Source of the DNA: Lama glama
Taxonomy: Eukaryota
Assembly (NCBI GenBank): GCA_028534125.1
Contig: CM052818.1
Span: forward strand, 41,914,001-41,978,000
Reading direction: 5' to 3'
Length of the DNA stretch: 64,000 nucleotides
Position numbers and translations under genes: made by a program. The notes beneath the pieces were generated by a model. It was not told the origin of the DNA. It ran no database searches and worked only from the letters and a program-made list of their open reading frames with translations. This document shows, piece by piece, positions 1 to 12,329 of the stretch. Within the stretch, counting starts at the first letter, position 1. Every line of letters starts with the position of its first letter.

Positions 1-1208
1 ATTAAATGCTAGGCTTTAAGAAGCAATTTCCAAATACTATACTTGCGGTCATTCAGTCTATCAACAAACACACATATATGACTTAAAACTTGTGCTCTCA
101 AGGTATATACAAGCCAGTGGGAATGATAGACAAAGACACAGACAGTTCAGTTAAACTTATTGTATGGTATAATATATTGTGCGCACAGAAGGAAGACCCT
201 TCACCTCCATCTGGAGGAGTGGAACATGACTTCACAAACTGGGAGATTTAGCTATGGGATAAGAAACAGGAGTTTGACCAGGATATAAGATTAGAGAAAT
301 CGTATTAGTCAGGATGAGTAAAGTTATGCTACAGCAACAAACAATTCCTAAATCTCAGTGGCTTGATATAACAACAGCTTCTTTTGTGCTCCCTTTTCAT
401 GTTATAGCTACAGCATCCTTACTAGAGTAGTAGCTCTTTATGGGGATAAAGAAACAAATCAAGAACACCTCTATGATTCCCTTTGTTACAACCTCCGACT
501 GGATTAAGGAGACCTCCAGTTGGATGAAATGGTTTGGGAAAAAGAAAGCAAACTATGGCTGTGTCAAAGAAGCCTCCTGAGCTGAAGATACTGAAAAAAA
601 GTCTAGAGAGAAAGAGAGGTGTCTTGAAGAGAACTGTGTCTGTGGCTGCAGCTCTTAGGAATCAGACCACTGAAAGATAGAAACCCATCGTCCTTGTGCC
701 TCTAGGCCCACACTCTTTCCACTCCTCTGCCCACCCTCACCCTGCCCCCACTCCCCCGTGGCCTATAACCTGTACCACTCAGCACCAGATAACCTCTTCA
801 AGGGCAGGGGGGCGTTTATTAGACCTTTTGATTTTTCATGATGCATAGTTTGTACCTGGCACAAAGGAAGTGCTCAGTAAATATCTGTGGAATGAGCTCT
901 GTACGTGCAGAATGTCAGAACCAGCGTCCTCCGGAAAAATCAGGTGACAGACCTGTCATTTTCAAGTTTGATTGTAGCACCAAAACCCTTTATTTAAAAA
1001 TAATAATTAAATAACTTTTATACTAAGCTTGAATTTTTTTTAAATGAGATAAATGTGGAATGGCTCTGGTTGATAGAAGATAAGGGACCCTGAACCCCAC
1101 TTTCTCGGCCTCCTTTTGGCTCCCTCTAGAGGGACCTCTAGGCGTCTTTAGGATTTTCAAACCCAGATCAAAAGTCACATGTTTAGATACATGAAAGTCC
1201 ACACATAA

Positions 1209-1370
1209 CTGGGAAAGATATACATGATCTCGTGGTAGCTCACAGTGAGAAAAAAATGTGACAATGAATATATGTATGTTCGTGTATAACTGAAAAAGTG
1301 TGCTCTACACTGGAATTTGACACAACATTGTAAAATGACTATAACTCAATAAAAAAAAAAAGTTAAAAAA
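1209..1370 (+). mobile_element. Young 5'-truncated LINE-1 3' end (camelid-type) with poly(A) tail and perfect 15-bp TSD
   Basis: L1 3' terminus (...gacacaacattgtaaaatgactataactcaataaaaaaa). AAAGTCCACACATAA flanks it at 1194-1208 and 1371-1385. Near-identical reverse-strand copies lie at ~3997-4210 and ~19365-19645. Confidence 0.92.
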
Positions 1371-3367
1371 AAAGTCCACACATAAAACCCTAGCACTTTC
1401 TCAAGAAACCAGCCGAAGTTTCTGCCTTTCATCCCTTCCTGCTGTTGAAATCTGCACTTGTCTCCGTTCTCTGGTGAGGGGTTCAGGGCTGTGGCGCGTT
1501 TCGTTTCACGAGGAAGGAATGAAATGATCAGGTGTGAGGGTGACGTGGGCAGTTCTCGCACGCGGAGGGCTGAGAGAAGACACTGGCTCCAGGCTCCTCA
1601 AAACGACACCCCTCCCCACCCTGATCCAGGGGCTGGGGCTCCTTCAGAGACACAGCGCAGCTCAGCAAGGTTCTCACTGCCTCCTGGAGGTGGGAGCCCT
1701 GACAACGTCACCTTTTGTGCAGAACTAGCTTCGGCTCCCAAAGACGATTGTCTTTCTCTCCATCGGATACTCATTTCTCACAGTCCAAGCTTCGGGGGAG
1801 ACTGGGGAGAAGGAAGACAAGGCCCTGCCAGTCAGCTTCTCCCCTCTGCCTCACGAAAGACCCCTGACCCACAAGATTACCAGACAAGAGTGATGATCCC
1901 CTCTGTGAGCACCCCAGAGAGATGGCCTTCCGGTCCATCCCTGCTAATCTGAACCAAGAAGCGCCAGACCCTCAGGGGCCCCGTGGATGCTGTCAGAGGG
2001 GCAGGCTGGCTATCCACAGCATCTTACCTAACTTCCACTGAGAAGACAGGGCTGCACAGCTTGGCAAATTTTCCAAGCATCATCACCCAATGCCAGATGC
2101 CATCTCTTGTCGCCTTTTCCCTAACTGCCCCATTAAAACCCAAAGGCAGCCTTAGGTGATTCCAGGCTCTCTGCTCACCTTTGAAACCATGAGGATGGAT
2201 GCTGGGATTCTCACCCTGTGGACCCGAGAGTGACCGAGGTCCCCTTCACCTCTCTATCCTCACGGAGGCCCCGGCCACCCCAGTTCCAAGCCAGGAGGAG
2301 CTTCTCTAGCCCAAGCCACTCCTCAGGCAGCTGGGGTGACAGCATCCCAAGAGGGGTACACATGCCCATGTTGGGACAGAAGCCCAGCTGCCCGCCAGTG
2401 CAGGCTCCACTGTCCTGCATCAGGTGATTTCAAACACGGGGCACAGGCACGTCGGAGATGCTCACCAAACACTGTGGACCATGGACAACTGTGTTCAGAT
2501 GAAGAGGAGCCCAGCCTTTAAGCCAGGTGTCCCAGAAGAATATTCCTCCAAAATTGAGGAAGGAGCCTCCGTTCTGCACAAGACATGAGGTCAGATGCCA
2601 CGGGGTCACTCTGCTCCTTTTTAGGTCCCTCTGCTGCCTGAGGACCTGGATGAGTCTGCTGAGGAAAAAGCAGGTTTGTCAAGCAGCCAGACACACCCCC
2701 TGTCCTCCACCTCGCTACTAACTCCTGGCCTCCCAGCTCCGTGGACGCCTCTTTGAACTTCAGTCTCCTTGGGCTCAAAATGGAATCATTGGTCCCTCTA
2801 TCTTTGCAGGATTGCTGCCAGTGCCAACGGTGACCTGAATGACAAAGTGCCATGTCACTGTAGGGGTGACTGTCGATATGACAGAAAGAATCCCCACTCA
2901 TTCAGAATTCCCTAATTATCTTATCTGGATTACTTCCCCACCTGCTGTCTGGATCTCTGCCGTATTTTAGAGACGAAATAGTCAGATGTTTCACCCGAGT
3001 TTTCCCGTTTTCACCCAACTGTTCAGAATTGTGGACTCAAAACATCACATTTCACTGGCATTATTTCTGCTAAAACCCTTCTATAAAATCCATCACAATA
3101 ATATGGCTATGAATAATATACAGAACAACGTATAGCATAAGCTCATTTTTCAGGGAAAAACTTCCTATGTGCTTATATCTGCATATCTAAAAGGTTATAC
3201 ACCAAACTGTTTAGTGGACTTGTTGGAGGCTGGGATGAAGGATTGAGACTGAGGGATGGTGAGAGAATTTGGACTTATTTTTCTATTGTTTGAATTTTTT
3301 TAAAACCATGAGTGGTTATTACTTATTTAATTTTTTTTTTTTTTGAAAAGAGCACTTTTTTAATCTC

Positions 3368-3650
3368 TTTTTTTTATTGAAGTATAGTTGATTTACAATG
3401 GGTTAATTTCTGGTGTACAGCATAGTGATTCATTTATACATATATATATATTCCTTTTCATATTCTTTTTCATTATAGGCCATTACAAGTTATTGAATAG
3501 TTAGTTCCCTGTGCTATATAGTAGGACCTTGTTGTTTATCTATTTTATATACAGTAGTGTATATCTACAAATGCAGAATTCCCAGTTTATCCCTCCACTG
3601 CCACTTTTGCCCCTGGTAACCACAAGTTTGTTTTCTATGGCTATGAGTCT
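3368..3650 (-). mobile_element. LINE-1 3' UTR fragment (cetartiodactyl-type)
   Basis: Poly(T) followed by ttattgaagtatagttgatttacaat...ccctgtgctatatagtaggacct...ggtaaccacaagtttgttttcta. Homologous to 13124-13661, 28684-29440 and 39911-40696. Confidence 0.88.
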
Positions 3651-3996
3651 TAAACATTTTTTTAATTAAAAAGGAAAACTTAAGATTACTTTTTAAATTA
3701 ACAAAATTTTAAATATCAGCAGGCATTTGAAACATATGGCCTTGAAATATATTTTAATAGAGTGTTATATCTGTTCTTACTATTTAATTTTCTAAATACG
3801 TTACATGCACATTCTCTCTCATGTTTAAAATTGGAATCTACTGTCCTAATCACTGTCTTCATAGAGCACCTGCTACATCCCAGGCTAAATGCCAGGCACA
3901 TGAGAGACATTTTTCTCACTGAATCCTCACTCCAACCTGGCAAGGTTAATAATTTTTATTTTCCACCTGAGGAAGCTAAGGCCTAAGGTCACAATG

Positions 3997-4210
3997 TTTT
4001 TTGTTTTTTGGGGGTTTTTTTAACTTTTTTTTATTGAGTTATAGTCATTTTACAATGTTGTGTCAAATTCCAGTGTAGAGCACAATTTTTCAGTTATACA
4101 CAAACATACATATATTCATTGTCACATTTTTTTTCGCTATGAGCTACCACAAGATCTTGTATATATTTCCTTGTGCTATACAGTATAATCTTGTTTATCT
4201 ATTCTGCATA
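3997..4210 (-). mobile_element. Young LINE-1 3' end inserted into a MIR
   Basis: Reverse complement of the element at 1209-1370. MIR-like sequence lies on both sides (gaggaagctaaggcctaaggtcaca / ctggaattctaacccagc...tctgactc). Confidence 0.88.
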
Positions 4211-4365
4211 CTGGAATTCTAACCCAGCACAATCTGACTCAATCTGACCAAAGTGCACATTTGTTTATTAAGGTACCTCTCTGCAGGTGCCCTGATTCTC
4301 TCTTAAAGATTGTACTAAACCTCGTAACATAATTTTTAAATTTATAATCAATATATACTCATTCA

Positions 4366-4515
4366 GGGGGGAAAGCATAGTTCAGTGGTAGAGTGCCTGC
4401 CTAGCATGCACAAGGGCCTGGGTTCAATCTCCAGTACTTCCATTAAAAGATAAATAAATTAAAGAACCTAATTACTTCCCCTCCAAAAAAAATTTTTTTA
4501 ATTTAAAAATTTTTA
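4366..4515 (+). mobile_element. tRNA-Ala-derived SINE, camelid vic-1 type
   Basis: The head gggggg...tagttcagtggtagagtgcctgcctagcatgcacaagggcctgggttcaatctccagtacttcca aligns by eye to tRNA-Ala(AGC), with Pol III A box and B box. An A-rich spacer, aacctaattacttcccct and an AT-rich tail follow. Confidence 0.85.
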
Positions 4516-5889
4516 AAAATATATATATACACACTTGTACAAAAGATCTGATTTTAAAATATTCAGTATAGCATGGTAACTCTCGTCTCTCAATGCTGAC
4601 ACACATCTTCCCCAGATGACACTGGCATAGGTAGATCTCAGGGTGCACTTTATGTGAATTACATTTAAATGAAGCCCCAGCAACTGACAAATCTATTTAG
4701 AACTCCTTCTCAAAGATTTCTCAAATCCTCTAAGTCTTGTAGACTTAACACCACTACTGAGTAACATGAAGTCTGCTATAGAACTCCAGGGAGCCTTACC
4801 CCAACAGAGCACTGGGGAGCAGAGGATGGCATCTGGTAAGTCCATTTTTTTCCCCATCCATGGGGACTCAGTTCTCAAAGGAATCTTCAGATTGGAAATG
4901 ATATTTTTCTGTGTTGCTCCAGAAAGTGAAATTTACAAGTGACAGGAGGAGATGTCTGGGGCTAGAGTTCCCAGTCTTAACAATCTGAGAAGGAATTTGG
5001 TAACAACTAGAACAAGCCAACAATGGAGGGGGCTGTCTCGTAGGGACTGAGGTGACTGTCACAGGATTCAGAGAGGCGAGTGAAGCATCAGACTTGCTAG
5101 AGAAGAGATTTTTCTATAAAACTAAATTCTGTGATTCTTAACTGTGTATTTTGCATTTTTATTTATTATTGGTAAGACTAACATGAGGCCTTAGGGGACA
5201 ATGTCCTTGAAGTGATAAGTTCTATGGTCTAAATTCATTGTGCAGCTATGGTGCTGGGTTAGGAAACTGGTTAGTTTCTGAAAGGTTTGAATTTTAAAGA
5301 CCATCAATCAATTGTTTGGTCCTAATTAATTTTGCTTGAGAATGTCTGACAATGTTAACAGACGTAGCAATTAAAATTGAATGGTAGTGTAATCACCATC
5401 TCAAATATTTAAACAATGTGATTATATAATATCTATCAACAGAGTTGGGGGGAGAAAAGACTCAGGGAAATAGATGTGAAGAGAAAATTAGTATTGCTTC
5501 AGGGTTTGGAAAATACAACTTCTTTTCCTTATGCCTCCCAGATCTTCAAGGTATAAGACAACAAGACAAGCTCTTGCTGGTCCCTCATGCCGACTTCTGA
5601 CAGCAGTGAGCCCCCACAGGCCCCACACCTTGGGTACCTGGAGCTGAAATATGCCCTCCAGTTGTCTGCTTCGATCATAATCAGACAAAGGATGTTCTGT
5701 GTTTCCTCCTAAAGTCAGTCTGTGTGGGGTCCTCCCAGTCATCCCATGAGCCTGGGGCTGAAGCGTTTGTGTAGGAGGGTTCTTACTCAGCCCAGGACAG
5801 ATTTATTGCGGGCCTACTATGTGCCGGCTGCCATTGGCATCCTCACCTTATTTCCTAAAAAACTACACCCATCTAGTCAATGCTTACAA

Positions 5890-6110
5890 GCATTGCTCCC
5901 CAGAAATCCGAGAGATCCAGAACATTCATCGTGTCCCAGACCGAACCCAGAGTCTTTCCCGTCAGGCGATTCCTCTAGCCAAGTTGTCTGTTTCGGTGAC
6001 GGGACCACCCATGACCCGGATCAGAACCTGGCGCTCAGGCTCCTTGGCCTTCATCTTGCATCTTTGCAGCGACCATCTTTTGTGACTTCTACCTCCATCC
6101 AGGGCTTATG
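5890..6110 (+). mobile_element. L2 LINE fragment
   Basis: Degenerate match to the L2 ORF2 3' region (catcgtgtcccagaccgaac...ccacccatgacccggatcagaacctgg). Confidence 0.55.
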
Positions 6111-6394
6111 GAAGGCGCTAGAATGTCCATGCCCACTTTGCAAAGACTGAAATCCTTCCATATCAGTTGGTAAAGAGTGACCACACCACACTCCCCAGGT
6201 GCCCCGATGTCCACCACGTCAGCCCCTCCCTCCAGAGACTCTGACCCTTCCCAAGATCCAGCAAACCAAGGGTGAAGGTCTGGCATAGCAGGGGGCCTCC
6301 AGGAACTTGCTTCGGTTTTGACTGGCTGATGCCTAGGTGGGACCATTCATGACTATTCCACTACCCTGGTCACAGCCCATGACTTTACAGTAAA

Positions 6395-6590
6395 TGCAGT
6401 GCCTCAGGGCCCACAGAAGTGTCTTAAGTTAAATTTCTTTTAAAATCAGAATTTAAAAATGACTAGAATAATAATGAATAATAATGAATCGTGCCTGGAT
6501 TACACTGGTCTTTAAACCCGCACAGCCACAAAATAGAACGTTTCCGTGTTTGTACCGGATGGGGTCCTACAAGGACAAAAGCAAAAACAG
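6395..6590. mobile_element. Probable hAT-superfamily DNA transposon remnant
   Basis: AT-rich island (agggcccac...aatttcttttaaaatcaga...aatgaat...cctggattacactggtcttta) resembling remembered hAT-Tip100 MER elements. Family uncertain. Confidence 0.4.
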
Positions 6591-8990
6591 GATGCAGCCC
6601 CGTAACAACTGTCCCTCACCCCCTCATCTCCATGAACCTGTGGTTGTACTTCCACAGACCTGCCTGCATCCACCACCTTCTTCTTTTCTCATTTTCTGTC
6701 CACACTGGGTGATCACCTTCTAGGTATCAGTTCTGAGCATCTGGAAATGAGGAGAGCCACCCTGCCTGCCCTCGGGTTGTTCACAGTCCAGAGGGGATGA
6801 AGATACAGAAACCGCCAACTGCGCAAGCGTGTGGCAGAAGGTCTAGCAGGAGACCCGAGCTCGGAGAAGAGAGAGGCCCCTCCCCCCAGGCGAGCTGGGA
6901 GAGACGTGATGCGTGAGCCCCAGGAGACGTCCCTGCAGAACTTCCTTCTCACCTCAGACAGGTGGGCACAGGACTGTGGACCATCTGGGGGTTTGAACCT
7001 CTGCCCCAAAACCACTGCCGGAGCCCACACCCCTGGTCTCAGCCTGTCCAAGATGAGCCCCGGTGGTGAGCCAAGCTTATAGAGAGCTGACGAGGGTGTG
7101 CTAGTGGACTATCAGCCTGGGCTGTGGACAGTGTTTTGGTCTGGATGGAGGCCAGCTCTGTGGTGAATCATCACTCTAGAGAACCACCACCACCACCCAC
7201 CTCGGAGGAGGGATTCCTGTAGCTGATGAAGGGCTGGCCTCCACAGGGAAGGGGAGGAGGGGATGCAGCCAACTGACAACCAAGCCAGAGGCAGTGGCGT
7301 GTGCTTGGCTGTGGGGCCAAGCCATCCACCTTGCTCCTCACTGCCCTTGCCTCTTCCGGGGCAGTCGCCACACTGGCGTTTAGACCTTGGCCAGAAGGCT
7401 GGCAGGGATGCAGGTGGTTGGCCAGGCATGATGGTGGCCTGCTATCCCAGCCACGCTTTGTTGTGACATCTGAGGTCATCCCCCTGACCTGCCTCCCTAC
7501 CCCCAACACGGCAGGCCAGCCCCAAAGACTGTTCTTACACCCACACCTCTCACCCACCCTTTCTCCAGCTCTAAAGCTTCACTTGGCCATCAAAGCCCTG
7601 GAAGTTCTACAGTGACAGTCAATTTTATTCTTCCAGTTGGAATTACTCCCTGTGTTCCCGAAACACACGGCCAACTTATAAAGGGGTGTGACCGTCCTTA
7701 GATGTTTTGGTATGACTTCAAGGTCACGGCACGCATGCATCTTGTTTACTAGACGAAACTCTTTACCTCTTCGAGAGCAGTGACCAGGTGTGATCTTTGC
7801 CTTCCCAGAGACCAGCATGGACCCATCAATGAAGCTCGTTTCAGCAGATACTTGTAAATGACTCACTCCCACGGGGGCTTGGGAGGGCGATGGACCCTGA
7901 ATTAAGCTCACACACCTCATTTGCCAAATTCTCCCTGTATTTTGGCTGTTCTTCCTTAGCACAAACCAGAAGATCAGAAGGACTGAATCAAAGGCATCTA
8001 GGACAAGCATGTCCTTCCCATGATAGGCTGGGCTGGGGTTAGCCCACAGCAGAGCTGGCATCCGATGAGGCCTCACCGTCTCTAGGGAAACTAACATGAG
8101 TCTCCATCAGCAGCAGGAGAGCAGGGATCCCTGCTGGCTTCTCCACTTCGCATCGGGACAAAGATACCCTTTCCCAAGACGCCCATCGCTTTTTTGTTGG
8201 GAAACTTCTCCTCAGCCCGGAAGACTCATTTCAGATAGCAGCTCCTCTCTGCAGCCATCCCCAGGTTTCTCAGAACGACCTCATGTTTCTTCCTCTGGGT
8301 TCCCATAATACCTTCCCCTTGCCTCTGTTAAGGTGTTTGGCACATTTATTAAAATGATCTCCTTACCTGTTTGGTCTTTTCCACTCTGCCAAGCACACAT
8401 GGTAGTTACCTCTGGAAGCAGTGATTTAAAAAGAGACAGATGACGAAACATCCAGAAAGGAGCAATCAGGGCAAGGAAGGAGCTGGAAACCCAAGCCCCA
8501 GGAGGTGGCCTTAGGGTGCGGTCAGCCACTGGGCGTTACATTGTCCCAGTGTCATTCTCCATGGCACCTACTCTCACCGCCCCCAGCATGCCCTAGTTTG
8601 TTTCATAAAATACATAGTCACCCTGTTTGAGGAATCAGTAAAGAAACCAAAGGTGTCCAATGGAAGAGAGCCTCAGATGAATTCACCGCTGTCCTCGGAT
8701 ATCTGAAGGGCTGCATTCAGGGTGGGCCAGGGTGTTCTGTGTGGCCTCAGGGAGAACCTGGGACCAAAGGCAAGGATGACACCATGTCGGTCTTCCAACC
8801 ATCTGTTTTGGACTTGGCACCATTCCTGGACTTTATTAATCCCTTGATAAATATTTGTGGGAGAGAGGGAGAAGAGGGAAGTTTCCAGCAATAGAGCCTC
8901 CTGCACTGAGGTCCATGCATGCCCGTCAGAGGGCGGGCCCATCAGAGGCTGAAAGACCCTTTTCAGTGGGTGCTGGGGTGGCACAGAAGG

Positions 8991-9450
8991 TGCTATGGGC
9001 TGACTTGTGCACCCCCACCCCCACCCTGGAAAACAAAAGGATGTGCTGAAGTTCTAACCCCCAGTATCTCAGAGTGTGACCTTATTTGGAGGTAGGGGTG
9101 TGCAGATGTGGTTAGTGAAGATGAGGTCATGCTGGGGTAGGTGGGAGCCGGTCCAGTGTGACTGGCGTCCTTATAAGTAGATGGAGACACACGGAGAGGG
9201 CCATGTGATGACAAAGGCAAGGACTGGAATTACGCCGCTGCCAGCCAAAGAGTCCCAAAGTTGCCAGAAAAGCACTAGAAGCTAGAAAAGGCAAGGAAGG
9301 CTTCTCCCTTACAGCTTTCAGAGGGAGCACAGCCCTGCCGACATCGTGATTGCAGGCTCTAGACTCCAGGGCTGCGAGAGCCCCATCTCTGCGGCCATTA
9401 GCCACTCTGTTCCTGGTATATTGTGATGGCAGACCTGGGAAGCTAAGACA
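8991..9450 (+). mobile_element. MaLR solo LTR (MLT1B/C-like)
   Basis: Starts tgctatgggctga, contains gtgaccttatttgga and aggcaaggaagg...ttctccctt, and ends ggaagctaagaca (TG...CA). Confidence 0.85.
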
Positions 9451-9879
9451 AGGAACTGTGCCCGGGTCTCTCAGTGGATTAGCTGGACTTCCTTCCATCG
9501 CTGAGCCAGGCTGGCTGCGATGGGTTTGCCTGATCCCACACCAGTCCCACTGTGTGTCCCCCTCACTCTGGACAGGTGGCCTGAACCGGGGAGCGGTTCA
9601 GCTGGGCTGACTGCAGCATCAGTGTCTTCACACCTCCACTCTCTGTCCAGCTGGCCGCGGGCTTGGAGCTCTGATTCCTAGAATGTCAGAGCTTGAGGAA
9701 TTTCAGAAGGCAGTCAAGTTCACCCCCTCGTTGGCAACCCAGATTCCAGGCACATCAAGGAGCAGGGGCACCTGGACCCTGTTCCCTTCTGTCTGCACAC
9801 ACGCCACGTCCATTCCCACAAAGGAGTTCACACTTGATGCACGTGCCCACCACTCCCGTCCCTCACTCCCCTCTGGACT

Positions 9880-10105
9880 CTGCTCCGAGGCACGTGTGCC
9901 CCCAGCATCCCATCCGGAATAGCCCCCGGCCACGCTCTATTCCTTTTCACTCCCTATCCCTGATCTCCTGTTCTTGGCACTTATCAGGAACAGCAGTTCT
10001 GTTCTTGGCACTTATCAGGAACAGCAGTGTCCCAGCACTCTGTTTAGGGCAGGGTGAGCACTCAGTAATACTGAATGAAAGAATGAACAAGTGAATGAAC
10101 GAATG
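9880..10105 (+). mobile_element. L2 3' end with (GAAT)n tail
   Basis: cccagcac...gagcactcagtaatactgaatgaaagaatgaacaagtgaatgaacgaatgaa. Confidence 0.65.
9968..10028. repeat. Perfect tandem duplication, 31-bp period, 2 copies
   Basis: CTGTTCTTGGCACTTATCAGGAACAGCAGT at 9968-9997 and 9999-10028. Confidence 0.95.
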
Positions 10106-10574
10106 AAGTGACATTCAAGCTGAGCTAGCCAGATGGAGAGTGTTCCTGGCAGATGGAAGAGCACTGACGGTGCTCAGAGGTAGGATGGCACAGTCAAGAG
10201 GAAACTGGAGGAAAGAGAAGGGAAAGAGGGAGAAAGGGTCCTGGAGAAAAAAACGGCTCCTGTAGGCCAAACGCAGCTTTATTCTCTGCCGGGTTGGTAT
10301 CCGTTTAAGGAACGTCTTGTACTTCTATACCTGCATCTTTGAGATGACATATCCACCCGCACTGACACCTGGAGATCAAGGATTAAAGGGGACAAATATC
10401 CTTCTGCTTTGGGCTTATGATTCCATTTGAATAAGACAGGTAATTATAAATGTATAATAATAATCACACGCCTATGTAGGAATAATTGTACATCTTTGAG
10501 AAGAGGAAAAGAGATGTAAAATTTATTTCAACAGTGCAAGCCAGTTTCTTTATAGCTGTAATATCTTTTAATCC

Positions 10575-10735
10575 TCAGAACAAAATCTCTTCAATGCAAG
10601 GATTACTGGCTCCATTTTACAGATGGGGAAAACTGAGGCCAGGAGGAGCTAAGTAACTCATCTAAGGTCACCCAGCAAGTGACCCAGGATTCAAATCCAG
10701 TTCTTCTGACTCCAAAGCCTGTCTTTTCTCTGCCA
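10575..10735 (-). mobile_element. MIR SINE
   Basis: MIR core: ccattttacagatggggaaaactgaggcc...aaggtcacccagcaagt...ggattcaaatccag. Confidence 0.85.
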
Positions 10736-12329
10736 GAACACACCGTCCCCTCCCAGATTTCTGGCTCAGACACCACAACGATGGGGAACAAAAACAGCAA
10801 TGAACTTGAAGGAAATCTTTACCTTGGTGCCTGCAGGTGGTCCTCGGTAAGTCAGGTAGCTTTTCTGAGTTTCACTTCCTTAATCTAAAAGGAGACTGGT
10901 GGGCCCAGCCCGGCCCACTTCACTGAGTGGAAAAAATGTCTCTGAAAAAGCTTTGTAGACTAAGTGAATACATCCAGGATTTGACATCAAACTATGCCAC
11001 AAACAAAGATGGTGTTTATTTCCAACACTCCATTGTATGCTTTGAGATCCTGAGATGAAGGTGGTTCTAGCACTGACCTTCTGCCCCATCCTGTTCTATC
11101 CTTGGTTCCATCCCAGCCTGATAGGAAAGCCCCCGAGGGTGAGACTGGAGGAACTGAGCACCACCCCGCTCCCCGGGCCTCCTGCCTCTGAGAGGATGGG
11201 AAACACACCAGCCGTACACAGCTTTCCTGGAGCAGAGAACAGAGGGCTCGGGGCCAAGAGGCAGCCCCCTTCCTAGGGCGTGAACTGCCTGTCCTGCCAG
11301 TAGAGGGTCTGCCTGGGTCTGGACTGCGGTGGCAGCTCTAGAGAGGATGTCAGGACCTTCCTGAGATGCAGATCTGGGCATTGCACTGTGCACCAGACAC
11401 CCGTGGAAGCAGGCACAGGCTTCAGAGGATGGCTTCCTCCCCTCCCCCGACTCTCCGTTGTTTGCCTAGTGACTCAATCATTCCTTCAACACGCATGTAT
11501 CAAGTTTCTTCATTTTGCAAGACTCTTTGGTAGATGGAAAGCCCTTAAACTTGAAAATTGAACGCCTGTATCCCTGGCTTGATTCCACCACCCACTCGAT
11601 AAGATGGCTTAATCCAATTGAGCCTCTATCTCCCCTTCTAGACAATTGGGATCATTTTAGAATACTTCTGCCTCCTGCAGACGTCACAAGTATGTAAAGA
11701 ACTACCTGCCCGGTGCCTGGCCCCTAACAGGCAGTGAAGGGTGATCGTTCTGTTAATAACTACCACCACATTGGCCACATAGTAGATTCTCAATAAAAAT
11801 GTAAGGAATGAAAACTAGGCTCCAAGCTCTCCCTTTAATTCCCATTTGAATTCCACCCAGATCCCGGCGTGGGGAGAAACCCAACATATCTGGTGTTTAG
11901 AAACGTGACCTCCCAAAATGTCTGTTTTCAAGTCACATTTCTCTGCTTTCCTGCAGCTGTCAGAGGCTAGAATTACTTTGGAACCGTGGCCAGCTTTTTG
12001 GGAGGTGGGTCTGCGGGGGAGAGATCTGCTCAGATGAAAAAGATAACACACCACACAGGGGCCCGCATCCAGTGATTATGTCATCTGGCACCGCAGCCTC
12101 GGTGAGGAGGAATTTCCCTTGTACCTGACAATAACATTTTTTTTTTTCAAAATAAAATATGTTGAGGTTGAGAAGTTTATCTTGGCGGAGCACTGTACCA
12201 TTAACTCAAGATTAAATGCATCCTGTCCAAATTCTTTTGCTACTTGTAATGGGCCCCAGGCTCTCTCGGGCTCCAGATGTTGATTCTATGGAGGCCTCAG
12301 GAAAGAAAGCTAATTGTTCTTTGCATGAG

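Noticed and set aside
4366..4442. tRNA-Ala gene
   Set aside because: The stems are mismatched and the sequence continues into a SINE body and AT tail, so it is a tRNA-derived SINE.
9968..10028. CRISPR-like palindromic direct repeats
   Set aside because: Only two copies, no spacer between them, no cas genes, and a mammalian context.
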